From Candidatus Saccharibacteria bacterium RIFCSPHIGHO2_12_FULL_49_19 (GTDB lineage Bacteria; Patescibacteriota; Saccharimonadia; Saccharimonadales; UBA10212), in the NCBI GenBank assembly GCA_001788565.1, contig MGCX01000004.1, positions 1 through 39,073 of the forward strand: a DNA stretch of 39,073 nucleotides, read 5' to 3'. The translations under genes and the position numbers were made by a program. Below are positions 1 through 8,348 of this stretch, in pieces; position 1 is the first letter of the stretch; each line of letters begins with the position of its first letter. Under the pieces are notes generated by a model that did not search any database, was not told where the DNA came from, and saw only the letters and a program-made list of their open reading frames with translations.

Positions 1-19
1 CGGTTCTCATCCGAACATG

Positions 20-96
20 TGGAGCCACCTGTCGGATTCGAACCGACGACCCACGGTTTACAAAACCGTTGCTCTAGCCAGCTGAGCTAAGGTGGC
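20..96 (-). tRNA. tRNA-Thr (anticodon UGU), 3' CCA encoded
   Basis: The reverse complement folds as a 77-nt cloverleaf: acceptor GCCACCT/AGGTGGC, D arm GCTC..GAGC, anticodon stem ACGGT/ACCGT with loop TTTGTAA, T arm GTCGG-TTCGAAT-CCGAC, discriminator T plus CCA. Confidence 0.85.
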
Positions 97-110
97 TTAA
101 AACCACTAGA

Positions 111-139
111 AGTCTAGCAAAACAGAGGTGAGATAGCAA
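111..139 (-). promoter_or_regulatory. Candidate sigma70-type promoter for tRNA-Thr
   Basis: Minus strand reads TTGCTA-17 nt-TAGACT. The -10 ends 14 nt upstream of the tRNA 5' end. Confidence 0.3.
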
Positions 140-146
140 TCCGAGC

Positions 147-800
147 CTAGATAACGACCCGACGGGGCCGCATTATGCGCCGTGGACGGCCGGCTGGCAT
201 AATCAGCTTGCCCAATTTTTTGTTGACCTCAGTCGCCTCTTCGTGCATACCTCGCGATTCTAAAGCGTTGGCCAGTAATTTATATGTTTCTGGGTTGGGC
301 TCTAATTCAGCAGCTTTTTCAAGTTCGGCTAGCATTAACTTGTCGTTTCCTAACTTTTCCTGAACCTTAGCATAGGCAATATGCCGCGCTGCCAGTTCAT
401 CTTCCTGCTCTAGTGCCTTTTCAAACGCCGTGGCGGCTTTCTGGTAATTCTCTGTTTCGTAGTAAATCAGCCCCAGGTTGTGAAGGCTCGAAGCACTAGG
501 CTCAATGCTGCTGGCTATCTCAAAGCAATCTATCGCGTCTTTATACTCCCTTTGCTTGGCATACAAAATACCTAGTCGGTTATAGGCGGCCGCGTTTTTT
601 TCGTCTATTTTTAGAATCGTCAGCAGTGCTTTCTCGGCTCTCAAGAAGCGGTTCTCCCGCATTCCATGGTAAGCAATTTCCCAAAGCTTAGATAAGCGGC
701 TTCCAATACGAACAGGGACTATGGCCATTTCACGCTCAGAGATTCGAGCGTGCCGATAGACTAAAAGGGCGAAAAACAACAGTAGTACTAGTGCGTACAT
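147..800 (-). CDS. TPR-repeat protein with N-terminal membrane anchor
   Basis: 217 aa. Hydrophobic N-terminus (MYALVLLLFFALLVY) followed by several 34-aa TPR-like repeats (AAAYNRLGILYAKQREYKDAIDCFEIA, LHNLGLIYYETENYQKAATAFEKALE). Confidence 0.7.
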   Translation of the reverse strand: MYALVLLLFFALLVYRHARISEREMAIVPVRIGSRLSKLWEIAYHGMRENRFLRAEKALLTILKIDEKNAAAYNRLGILYAKQREYKDAIDCFEIASSIEPSASSLHNLGLIYYETENYQKAATAFEKALEQEDELAARHIAYAKVQEKLGNDKLMLAELEKAAELEPNPETYKLLANALESRGMHEEATEVNKKLGKLIMPAGRPRRIMRPRRVVI

Positions 801-810
801 GCGATTGGTA

Positions 811-1710
811 TTATACCAATTTTACACTTTTAAGACTAAGTGCTAGCTCAAGACCTACCAAACGGTAATTAGCGCGAACTTCCAGATTTTTTTGCAAGCC
901 AATAATAAGCTTGCGGTTTTTCAAGAGAATAGCGGCGTGTCTGCTACCTTGTTTTGCTGATTGACGATGCAGGGCGGTTGTTATCTTAAGTAAAGCCTCT
1001 AGGAAAAGCCAGAAGCTGTTTGGATCACCAGCTTCTTGATCAGCCTGTATTATCCGTTCGTATACTGGAGAGGATATAAATCGCTTGGCTCTATCAACAG
1101 CTTCCTTAAGGGGGTGGCTGGCATCGTCGCTCAGCAGCGTACTAAATAAACCCGGAGCACCCCCACTCAGGCTCCAAGCTTTTTGAACATCCTTGGTATT
1201 AAGGTCTTCGTAGAAACTGTTAGCCATGCTAAGAGATACTGGTTGGACAGATAAGTTCCAAGTTCTTGAAACGATGGTTGGCAGCAGCCCACTCGAGGTT
1301 GAGGACGTTAGTATAAAGGTTGTGTTTGTGGGTGGCTCCTCTAGTGTCTTTAGAAGAGCGTTTTGGGCCTCTTCGCTCATTCTATCCGCATTCTCAAATA
1401 CTATTAGCCGCAGACGTTCATGGTCGGGTTTTTTCAACGCTAGCATCCGCCTTATGTTACGTACGGCATCAATCGATATTTCAGATTGACCGCTATGCGG
1501 CTGAACCAGCGTAAAGTTGGGGTTTAGGTCCAGATGGTCAGCCGAATCCTGCAGTAAACCAGCCGAAATGGCTCGGGCCAGCGTAAATTTCCCGGAGCCG
1601 GCGGCACCAGTAATCAGTAGTGCCGTAGTTGGGCTAGCCAAATATACCTCCGCCATTTTTCGCGTCGGGGAGCTCAATAAAAGGTTGCCTAGGTTATTTT
1701 TCGCCATCAT
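811..1710 (-). CDS. holB: DNA polymerase III delta-prime subunit (AAA+ clamp-loader)
   Basis: P-loop-like GAAGSGKFTLA and a sensor motif PTIVSRT resembling the clamp-loader SRC motif. The first ORF-track M is TTG at 1713; the ATG at 1710 is preferred. Overlaps the stop of the upstream gene. Confidence 0.7.
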   Translation of the reverse strand: MMAKNNLGNLLLSSPTRKMAEVYLASPTTALLITGAAGSGKFTLARAISAGLLQDSADHLDLNPNFTLVQPHSGQSEISIDAVRNIRRMLALKKPDHERLRLIVFENADRMSEEAQNALLKTLEEPPTNTTFILTSSTSSGLLPTIVSRTWNLSVQPVSLSMANSFYEDLNTKDVQKAWSLSGGAPGLFSTLLSDDASHPLKEAVDRAKRFISSPVYERIIQADQEAGDPNSFWLFLEALLKITTALHRQSAKQGSRHAAILLKNRKLIIGLQKNLEVRANYRLVGLELALSLKSVKLV

Positions 1711-2572
1711 CAATAAACTTCTTGAATTTCGGCGGTGCAGGAGCCCTAAATACTTTCCTTTGTCCGCTAGGTAATGTTAGCTCGAGGCTGGTCGCGTGCA
1801 GTAATGCTTCACCCGGTTGGCCGTAGATACTATCGCCAACAATTGGATGACCAATATACTTTAAGTGAACTCTTATCTGGTGGGTTCGGCCAGTTATTGG
1901 CCTAATGTCGAGAAGTGAGTACTTTTTGTTGCCTTTACGGAGTAGTCTATCCACTTGATATTCGGTTTGGGCGGGTTTGCCGCCACTCTTTACAGTAAAT
2001 GTCTGAGGACGTTTAGGGTTACGGGCTATTGGCGCATCTATGAGGGCGTGTCCGGGTTTGGGGGCTCCCTCCACGACTGCGCGGTAAGTTTTCTTAACCT
2101 GTCTCTTTGAGAACTGTTTCTGTAAGTAACTTATGCTTTGCTGGTTTTTAGCCAGAATAATCACGCCACTCGTACCCCTATCAAGGCGGTGCACGATTCC
2201 GGCACGGTTACCACTTAGCGAGGGGTCGATTTTGGGACGCATAGTGCTGGCTACGGTTGCTTCGCTATTCAGAGCACCTTTGGAATGGGTCAAGACACCT
2301 GTTGGTTTATTAACTATAATCACGTCCTTATCTTCGTAAATTAGCGGTAACTTCAGTGGTGCAGGGTTAGATATCAGCAGACGATCGTCTACCGAGACTT
2401 TGTCAGAAAAATGTACTTTGCGACTTGATTTAACCGCTATGTTATTAACTTTCACTAGGCCACGTTTAAAGAGTTGTTTCAGAGATGAGCGGGTGAATTT
2501 GGGGAATTCACGGGTTAAGAACACATCCGTCCTTAGCCCTTCGGCAGATTTATCGGCGGTGAATTTACGCAT
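1694..2572 (-). CDS. rluD: RluA-family 23S rRNA pseudouridine synthase (RluD-like, with S4 domain)
   Basis: 292 aa. N-terminal S4-like RNA-binding region and the catalytic motif HRLDRGTSGVIILAK. The start overlaps the trpS stop as TAATG. Confidence 0.8.
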   Translation of the reverse strand: MRKFTADKSAEGLRTDVFLTREFPKFTRSSLKQLFKRGLVKVNNIAVKSSRKVHFSDKVSVDDRLLISNPAPLKLPLIYEDKDVIIVNKPTGVLTHSKGALNSEATVASTMRPKIDPSLSGNRAGIVHRLDRGTSGVIILAKNQQSISYLQKQFSKRQVKKTYRAVVEGAPKPGHALIDAPIARNPKRPQTFTVKSGGKPAQTEYQVDRLLRKGNKKYSLLDIRPITGRTHQIRVHLKYIGHPIVGDSIYGQPGEALLHATSLELTLPSGQRKVFRAPAPPKFKKFIDDGEK

Positions 2573-3684
2573 TATTGGCTAGCCTGCGGAGCTTTTGGTC
2601 GCAGACCAACAGCGATTTGCACCCTCTGGAGAGTTCCATCCGCAATTTTGCTCATAGCCACTTCGTCATCTCTCAGTTTTTTCATCATCACTTCATCGTT
2701 AACGTTCGCCACTTTCTCCTGAAGGTCCGCTAAGAAGTTATTAACAATCTCAGCGACTGATGACTTTAACTCGTTATAGCTTGATTTTCCAACCCATTGA
2801 GCATTAACTTCATCTTGCGATTTTTCAGATAACAAAGCTAGGATTTGCAACAAATTCGCAATTCCGGGCTGTTTTTCCCAATTGTAGTTAATTACACCCG
2901 CTGAATCAGTGGTGGCTGACAGTACCTTCTGGGTGGCTTCTTCGGGTCTATCAGATAGCACTATCGTGCCTGCCGGGTCTTCAATAGATTTACTCATTTT
3001 CTTTTCCGGATTGCGCAGACTGCGAATCCGTACCGGTTCGCTCCGACCGGCAAACTCCATTTGTTTGGCGTTATCCTCGGGTGGTATGAACAAATCGCCA
3101 AATTTGTTATTCATCCGAATTGCCAAATCACGGGTGAATTCCACGTGCTGACGCTGATCTTCGCCCACCGGCACCCATTTGGCGCCATAGAGAAGAATGT
3201 CTGCCGCCATCAAGACCGGATAAATAAAAAGTCCTGACGATATAGGTTGTCTTCTTATCCCCGTCATGTCTTTACCTTTGGTGGGGTTGAACTCCTCAGT
3301 TCCAATGAATTCCGTAAACGTTTGTGCCTTTTCCTTAAACTGAGTCATCCTGCTCAGTTCTCCAATGTTCGAAAAACAGCTTAGTATCCAGGTTAGTTCA
3401 GAGTGAGCTGGAATGTAGCTTTGGCGGTAAATGAAAGTATCTGGCTGATCTATGTCCAATCCAGCCGCCACAAAAACCTTGAGGTTCTGGTGAGTTTGCT
3501 CATACAGCTTGCCGTGATCTATGGGCATAGTAAAACTGTGTAGATCCGGTATGAACATATTGAGCTGATATTGACCGGCGTGCTTCTTTTGAAGCTCGAC
3601 CATGGGCAAAATCGCTCCTAGGTAGTTCCCCAGATGAAACTCGGCATTAGAGCGTAAGCCCGTTAAAACAACCTCTTTACCCAT
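2572..3684 (-). CDS. trpS: Tryptophan--tRNA ligase
   Basis: 370 aa. Class I signatures HLGNYLG (HIGH-type) and KMSKS, plus the TrpRS-typical VPVGEDQRQHVEFTRD. Confidence 0.9.
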   Translation of the reverse strand: MGKEVVLTGLRSNAEFHLGNYLGAILPMVELQKKHAGQYQLNMFIPDLHSFTMPIDHGKLYEQTHQNLKVFVAAGLDIDQPDTFIYRQSYIPAHSELTWILSCFSNIGELSRMTQFKEKAQTFTEFIGTEEFNPTKGKDMTGIRRQPISSGLFIYPVLMAADILLYGAKWVPVGEDQRQHVEFTRDLAIRMNNKFGDLFIPPEDNAKQMEFAGRSEPVRIRSLRNPEKKMSKSIEDPAGTIVLSDRPEEATQKVLSATTDSAGVINYNWEKQPGIANLLQILALLSEKSQDEVNAQWVGKSSYNELKSSVAEIVNNFLADLQEKVANVNDEVMMKKLRDDEVAMSKIADGTLQRVQIAVGLRPKAPQASQ

Positions 3685-3694
3685 CTGGTGTTAA

Positions 3695-3922
3695 TTATAG
3701 CTCATCTTGGCCCGTGTTGGGACTAGCGCTATCTGTCTCCGGCTGAAGAATTAACTTACCCATTGCTACTAAATTAGCCAATATCTCAGAATCAGGTCTG
3801 TGATCTCCAATATCTCTTACTATTCGATGGCTATCAAGAATCAGTCGAGCAGCCTCTTCTTCTCTTCTTCGCCGCTCATGATGTTGACGACTCAATGCTT
3901 CAGATATTAGTTCGCCTCTCAT
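3695..3922 (-). CDS. Hypothetical 75-aa protein (Arg/Glu-rich helical N-terminus)
   Basis: ATG preceded by AAAAGGAG at good spacing. Ends 10 nt before trpS, which has no SD. No recognisable family. Confidence 0.5.
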   Translation of the reverse strand: MRGELISEALSRQHHERRRREEEAARLILDSHRIVRDIGDHRPDSEILANLVAMGKLILQPETDSASPNTGQDEL

Positions 3923-3949
3923 GATTTCTCCTTTTTTGGTTAAAAATTC

Positions 3950-3978
3950 AAAAAAACCGCCTCGGTGGCGGGTTTTTC
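3950..3978 (-). terminator. Rho-independent terminator downstream of rpsI (bidirectional A/T-flanked hairpin)
   Basis: Minus strand reads AAAAACCCGCC-ACCGA-GGCGG-TTTTTTT: a GC stem followed by a 7-T run. Confidence 0.7.
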
Positions 3979-4094
3979 AGTATTCTCTCTTGTATTTTAT
4001 CTATGAGCGCACAGAACAAACCGCCACGGAAATGTCGGCAAACCAAAAGCGGTATGAATAGTTCTGATTCATAGGTGAAAAGTTTAGCACAGTC

Positions 4095-4493
4095 TTAACG
4101 TTTAGTGAATTGCCGTTTTTTACGGGCACTTCTAAGACCGGCCTTTTTGCGTTCCCGTTCACGGGGATCCCGACCTAGCAACTCTGCTCGTCTCAGGGTG
4201 GCTTTAAAATCGCCATTCAGCTCAGACAGTGCTTTTGATAAACCCAGTTTTATAGCATCGACTTGACTGGAGTGCCCGCCGCCATTTACTTTAACGCTGA
4301 TATCGAATTCAGAGACATTCAACTCGAGTGCTGAAAATGGTTTTTCCAGCTCGCTAGCTAACTGCTGACTTCCCGCAAAGTAATCTGTTGCAGATTTATC
4401 GTTAATTATAAATTGCCCTTTACCAGAAGATAGCCGAACCCGGGCAGTGGAACTTTTGCGTCTTCCTAGGCCAAAGAAGTGATTATCACTCAC
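4095..4493 (-). CDS. rpsI: 30S ribosomal protein S9
   Basis: 132 aa, GTG start. uS9-typical C-terminus ...RKKRQFTKR. Follows rplM. Confidence 0.93.
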   Translation of the reverse strand: MSDNHFFGLGRRKSSTARVRLSSGKGQFIINDKSATDYFAGSQQLASELEKPFSALELNVSEFDISVKVNGGGHSSQVDAIKLGLSKALSELNGDFKATLRRAELLGRDPRERERKKAGLRSARKKRQFTKR

Positions 4494-4499
4494 AAGTTC

Positions 4500-4943
4500 T
4501 TACCGGCCACTCTTTACTAGCTGTACTTCGGTGGGTTTTTGTGCTGAGTGGCTGTGCTCGCTACCAGCGTAAACTTTAAGTCGTGCCAATCTCTGGGGTC
4601 GTAGCTTGTTGCTCGGTAACATGCCGCGGACCGCCTGATGTATTGCCCTGGACGGATTTTTAGATAGTACTTCGGCTAGTGTTTCGGTTGTCAGACCGCT
4701 GGGATATCCACTATGGCGGAAGTATTTCTTATCGGTCATCTTACCTCCGGTCACTTTTAGTTTCTGAGCGTTGACGATAACCACATAATCGCCTCCGTCC
4801 AGATGGGGGCTGAAATCGGTCTTGTCTTTTCCCATCAATAAACGAGAGACGGTTGTAGCTAACCGGCCCAGTGACACTTTAGAAGCATCTAGAAGATACC
4901 AGCTGCGGGATACGCCGGTTGGCTTAGAGGTATGAGTCTTCAT
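4500..4943 (-). CDS. rplM: 50S ribosomal protein L13
   Basis: 147 aa. uL13-like sequence (WYLLDA..LGRLAT). ATGA overlap with the rplQ stop. Confidence 0.93.
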   Translation of the reverse strand: MKTHTSKPTGVSRSWYLLDASKVSLGRLATTVSRLLMGKDKTDFSPHLDGGDYVVIVNAQKLKVTGGKMTDKKYFRHSGYPSGLTTETLAEVLSKNPSRAIHQAVRGMLPSNKLRPQRLARLKVYAGSEHSHSAQKPTEVQLVKSGR

Positions 4944-5416
4944 TTTTCAACCTCTTTCTGAGCCTTAGCAGCTTTAGGGCGGGCCGCTTTTTTTGCAGAG
5001 GTCTTCTTTTTACTGTTGGCCTTGGGCTTTGGTTCCTTGGCAGTGGACTTAGAGCTAAGATCGTCCACGAAGCTAATACCGGCTAACTGAGCGCCATCAC
5101 CTCGGCGGCTAGTAGTTCGCTTAATCCTCAGATAGCCGCTACTCCTTGATGACAGCTTTGGGGCAATATCGTCCATTAGCTTGTGGGCTGCTTCGGGGGT
5201 TGGTAGTTTCGACATAATTTGTCGCCGATTATGCAAGCCTCCTCGCTTGGCCTTGGTTATCAACCGCTCGGTGTAACGAACTGCTTCTTTTGCTTTCGGC
5301 AAGGTCGTCTCGATGGTCTCAGACAAGATTAAGGCATCGGCCAGACCGGCTATCAAGGCATGACGCTGGTCGGTCTTACGTCCGAATTTCCTTCCTTTAT
5401 ATCCGTGGCGATGCAT
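4940..5416 (-). CDS. rplQ: 50S ribosomal protein L17 with Lys/Ala-rich C-terminal tail
   Basis: 158 aa. bL17 core (MHRHGYKGRKFGR..) plus a basic tail of about 45 aa. Follows rpoA. Confidence 0.92.
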   Translation of the reverse strand: MHRHGYKGRKFGRKTDQRHALIAGLADALILSETIETTLPKAKEAVRYTERLITKAKRGGLHNRRQIMSKLPTPEAAHKLMDDIAPKLSSRSSGYLRIKRTTSRRGDGAQLAGISFVDDLSSKSTAKEPKPKANSKKKTSAKKAARPKAAKAQKEVEK

Positions 5417-5429
5417 ATCTAACGGCCCC

Positions 5430-6377
5430 TTATAGCTCGAGTTCGGCTATTTTGTCCTTAACTTCTTCCAGAGCCTTGTTGCCAAAGCCCTTTAGATCCC
5501 TTAGCTCGGCCTCTGAGAGACTTAGCAGATCTTTGATGGTGTGGATGTCATTGTTAACCAGTGCATTGGTTGTACGAGCGCTTAAATTCAAATCTTCAAT
5601 GGAGGTCATTAGCTCCGCCGGCTCCTCTGTATCGTCTTCGCCTTCACCACTTAGGCCGGTGTCGCTTAGCGGTAAAGCCGCTTCAACACGCGTCTGGCCG
5701 GCTAGCGCGGTATATTGATTTATCAGGATAGCGGCGGCCTCTTCAAAGGCCTCGCGGGGCGTTATAGAGCCATCCGTATCAACGGTGATCAGTAATTTAT
5801 CTAGGTTGGTAATTTGCCCCACGCGGGTATTCTCAACACGATAACGGACACGCAAAACAGGTGAGAAGACAGCGTCAAGCAACACCATATCACTGGTCTT
5901 TCTAGCTGAAGCATGCTCTTCAAGTGGTCGATAACCACGCCCTGTCTCAATCTGGAGTTCCATATTAATGCTTCCCTTGTCGCTATCAATAGTCGCGACA
6001 AGGTGGTCGGTGTTAACAACCTCAACATCAGCATTTAGCTCAATGTCTTTGGCTTTGACCGGCCCCCGACCTTTTTTCGAAAGACGAAGGATCTGGGTCT
6101 CATCACTATAGACCTTAAAACGGATACCTTTGAGGTTTAGCATAATAGCCACAACATCTTCTTTAACGCCCTTGACAGTTGTAAACTCGTGACTAATACC
6201 CTCAATTCGAAATCCAGTAACTGCGGCTCCGGCTATGCTGGATAGCAGCACTCGGCGCAAGCTATTACCTAGGGTCATTCCGTAACCAGTGTGCAGAGGT
6301 TCAATAGTAAAGGTGCTACTGGTAGGGCCATGGTCAGTAACGTTTGCTAGCGTTGGGGTATGGATAAGTTTACTCAT
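5430..6377 (-). CDS. rpoA: DNA-directed RNA polymerase alpha subunit
   Basis: 315 aa with an NTD and a C-terminal HhH-like CTD (LNLSARTTNAL...I). Sits in the canonical rpsD-rpoA-rplQ position. Confidence 0.93.
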   Translation of the reverse strand: MSKLIHTPTLANVTDHGPTSSTFTIEPLHTGYGMTLGNSLRRVLLSSIAGAAVTGFRIEGISHEFTTVKGVKEDVVAIMLNLKGIRFKVYSDETQILRLSKKGRGPVKAKDIELNADVEVVNTDHLVATIDSDKGSINMELQIETGRGYRPLEEHASARKTSDMVLLDAVFSPVLRVRYRVENTRVGQITNLDKLLITVDTDGSITPREAFEEAAAILINQYTALAGQTRVEAALPLSDTGLSGEGEDDTEEPAELMTSIEDLNLSARTTNALVNNDIHTIKDLLSLSEAELRDLKGFGNKALEEVKDKIAELEL

Positions 6378-6393
6378 AAGACACTCCTTTCAT

Positions 6394-7011
6394 TTAGCGT
6401 GAGTAATACTCGACAATTAGTTGCTCTTTGATATCGGGCTCGGCATCCTCCCGGCTCGGTTGGCCAGAGACGGTCACTGCAATCTTCTTCCGATCGACTT
6501 TTAGCCAAGCCGGTGTCTGAGCCGGTGCGGGACTTACCTCATCAAGTCTCTTAAAATAGTCGGTGGTTTTACTGTGTTCCCGTAAACTAACCGCGTCACC
6601 CGGAGATAATCTCTGTGATGGTATATCAACCCGGCGACCATTTAGTAAGAAGTGCCCATGGCTAACCAGTTGTCTGGCGGACTGCCTACTCTGAGCAAAA
6701 CCGCAACGATAGATAATGTTATCCAAACGGCGCTCTAAGTATTCAAGCAAGGCCGCCCCCGAATTACCCCGACTTTGTGCCGCTTCGTTCATTAACTTGG
6801 AAAATTGCTTTTCAAGTAAGCCATAGAGTCGCTTGACCTTCTGCTTCTCACGCAGCTGGATAGCGTATTGGCTGGGCTTAGAGCGGCGTCTAGAGGAAGC
6901 AGCCTGTCCAGGTTGGGCCGAACGCTTAACCATAACTTTGTGAGCTTTGGGGTGGAGGGCGTAGCCTTCGCGCCGAGACTGCTTAACGATTGAACTGGTA
7001 TTTCTAGCCAT
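6394..7011 (-). CDS. rpsD: 30S ribosomal protein S4
   Basis: 205 aa. uS4 with an S4 RNA-binding domain (RLDNIIYRCGFAQSRQSARQLVSHGHF). Confidence 0.93.
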   Translation of the reverse strand: MARNTSSIVKQSRREGYALHPKAHKVMVKRSAQPGQAASSRRRSKPSQYAIQLREKQKVKRLYGLLEKQFSKLMNEAAQSRGNSGAALLEYLERRLDNIIYRCGFAQSRQSARQLVSHGHFLLNGRRVDIPSQRLSPGDAVSLREHSKTTDYFKRLDEVSPAPAQTPAWLKVDRKKIAVTVSGQPSREDAEPDIKEQLIVEYYSR

Positions 7012-7023
7012 ATCTACAGTCTC

Positions 7024-7500
7024 CTAGTTACGCTTAGCCTTACGGGGGCGGACACCACCGTGAGCAATTCCCGTAATGTCCTTAATTGACTCGACCTGGA
7101 TTTTTTGGTTAATCAGTGTCCTGATGGCAGCTTCGCGACCCAATCCGATACCGTGAACTGATACATCGGCCTTTTCCAGACCAAAATCCTGTTTAGCTGC
7201 GCCAATCGCTTTCTCGGCAGCCACCTGTGCGGCGTAGGCCGTACCCTTTTTTGAGCCACGGAAGCCGGAACTGCCGGCACTAGCCGATACCAAAACATTT
7301 CCTTTATCATCAGTTACCGTAATAATCGTGTTATTAAAGGTTGCTAAAACGTGCACCTGCCCGGCCGATACTGCCCGCCGCGCTCTTTTCTTCACCTTAG
7401 GTTTGCTGGTTTTGGGGCCCTCGCTAGAACTCTGGGACTCAACCTCCGGTTCTGACGGTTGGTCTGTTGCCTTATCTTCTTTAACCTTCTCTTCAGCCAT
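7024..7500 (-). CDS. rpsK: 30S ribosomal protein S11 with acidic/Ser-rich N-terminal extension
   Basis: 158 aa. The uS11 core starts near GQVHVLATFNNT, preceded by an extension of roughly 45 aa. Confidence 0.92.
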   Translation of the reverse strand: MAEEKVKEDKATDQPSEPEVESQSSSEGPKTSKPKVKKRARRAVSAGQVHVLATFNNTIITVTDDKGNVLVSASAGSSGFRGSKKGTAYAAQVAAEKAIGAAKQDFGLEKADVSVHGIGLGREAAIRTLINQKIQVESIKDITGIAHGGVRPRKAKRN

Positions 7501-7510
7501 ATATTGTCTC

Positions 7511-7897
7511 CTAAGTCTTGGCCGGTGCCTTCTTGGCTGTACCGGCTACCGTCAATCGCTTACCCCTGCGGGTTCGAGCGTTGGTCCGAGTTCTTTGTCC
7601 CCTCGACGGTAGACCAGCCTTATGGCGTAAACCCCGATAGGCGCCGATATCAGTAAGTCGTTTGACGTTGCCGCTAACGGTTCTTTGCAGTTCACCTTCG
7701 ACGGTATAGTTAGAGTTGATAGTGTCTTGGATGCGTGATATTTCGGCATCGGTCAGATCCTTGACTCGTGTGGTGGGGTTGATGTTGGCGGTTTTTAAAA
7801 TAGCTTTACTAAATTTTGGACCAATTCCGTAAATATAGGTCAGACCAACCCATACTTGCTTGTCATTAGGAAGCGTTACACCTGATATTCTAGCCAT
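7511..7897 (-). CDS. rpsM: 30S ribosomal protein S13
   Basis: 128 aa. MARISGV..GIGPK.. is typical of uS13. Confidence 0.93.
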   Translation of the reverse strand: MARISGVTLPNDKQVWVGLTYIYGIGPKFSKAILKTANINPTTRVKDLTDAEISRIQDTINSNYTVEGELQRTVSGNVKRLTDIGAYRGLRHKAGLPSRGQRTRTNARTRRGKRLTVAGTAKKAPAKT

Positions 7898-7901
7898 ATA
7901 T

Positions 7902-8018
7902 CTAACCCTGCCGCTGCTTGTGTCGAGGCTTAGCCTTATTCACGACATATACTCGTCCTTTGCGGCGGACGATCTTGTCACTGGGGCTGATTTTCTTGAC
8001 GCTGGCGCGAACTTTCAT
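7902..8018 (-). CDS. rpmJ: 50S ribosomal protein L36 (Cys-less form)
   Basis: Absent from the ORF track because it is under 60 aa. Hand translation gives [38 protein letters not shown] with a TAG stop. Lies between infA and rpsM as usual. Confidence 0.88.
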   Translation of the reverse strand: MKVRASVKKISPSDKIVRRKGRVYVVNKAKPRHKQRQG

Positions 8019-8068
8019 GCTATGGGCATGCTCCCCTTCTTTTTAGCAGCTGTTAAACTGCTCGCGGC

Positions 8069-8290
8069 TTAGTTCTTGCGGTAGGTTATCCGACCCTTCG
8101 TAAGATCGTAAGGTGTCAATTCAACCGTCACGCTGTCACCGGGTACTAAACGGATGTAATGTTTCCGCATTTTACCGGCGACGTGAGCTATTATCCGATG
8201 GCCATTTTCAAGTTCGACCTTGAACTGGGTTCCAGGCAGGGCCTCAATGACCACACCCTCCAGCTCAATGACCTCCTTGTCTTTAGCCAT
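8069..8290 (-). CDS. infA: Translation initiation factor IF-1
   Basis: 73 aa from the internal ATG at 8290 ([14 protein letters not shown]...RITYRKN). The longer ORF-track version would run into secY. Confidence 0.9.
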   Translation of the reverse strand: MAKDKEVIELEGVVIEALPGTQFKVELENGHRIIAHVAGKMRKHYIRLVPGDSVTVELTPYDLTKGRITYRKN

Positions 8291-8306
8291 AAAATATAAC
8301 CTGATG

Positions 8307-8336
8307 ATTGTATCAGATTGCCATAGGTGTTGTAAA
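8307..8336 (-). promoter_or_regulatory. Candidate internal promoter for infA-rpmJ-rpsM
   Basis: Minus strand reads TTTACA-18 nt-TACAAT in the 58-nt gap between secY and infA. Confidence 0.45.
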
Positions 8337-8348
8337 GCCTGGTATTTT

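Noticed and set aside
1-19. Possible 5' part of a second tRNA downstream of tRNA-Thr at the window edge.
   Set aside because: Only 19 nt are available and they do not resemble a tRNA 5' acceptor or D arm.
3923-4094. Possible T-box riboswitch upstream of trpS.
   Set aside because: There is no T-box consensus or specifier-loop architecture. The region is too short, and an ORF lies between the terminator and trpS.
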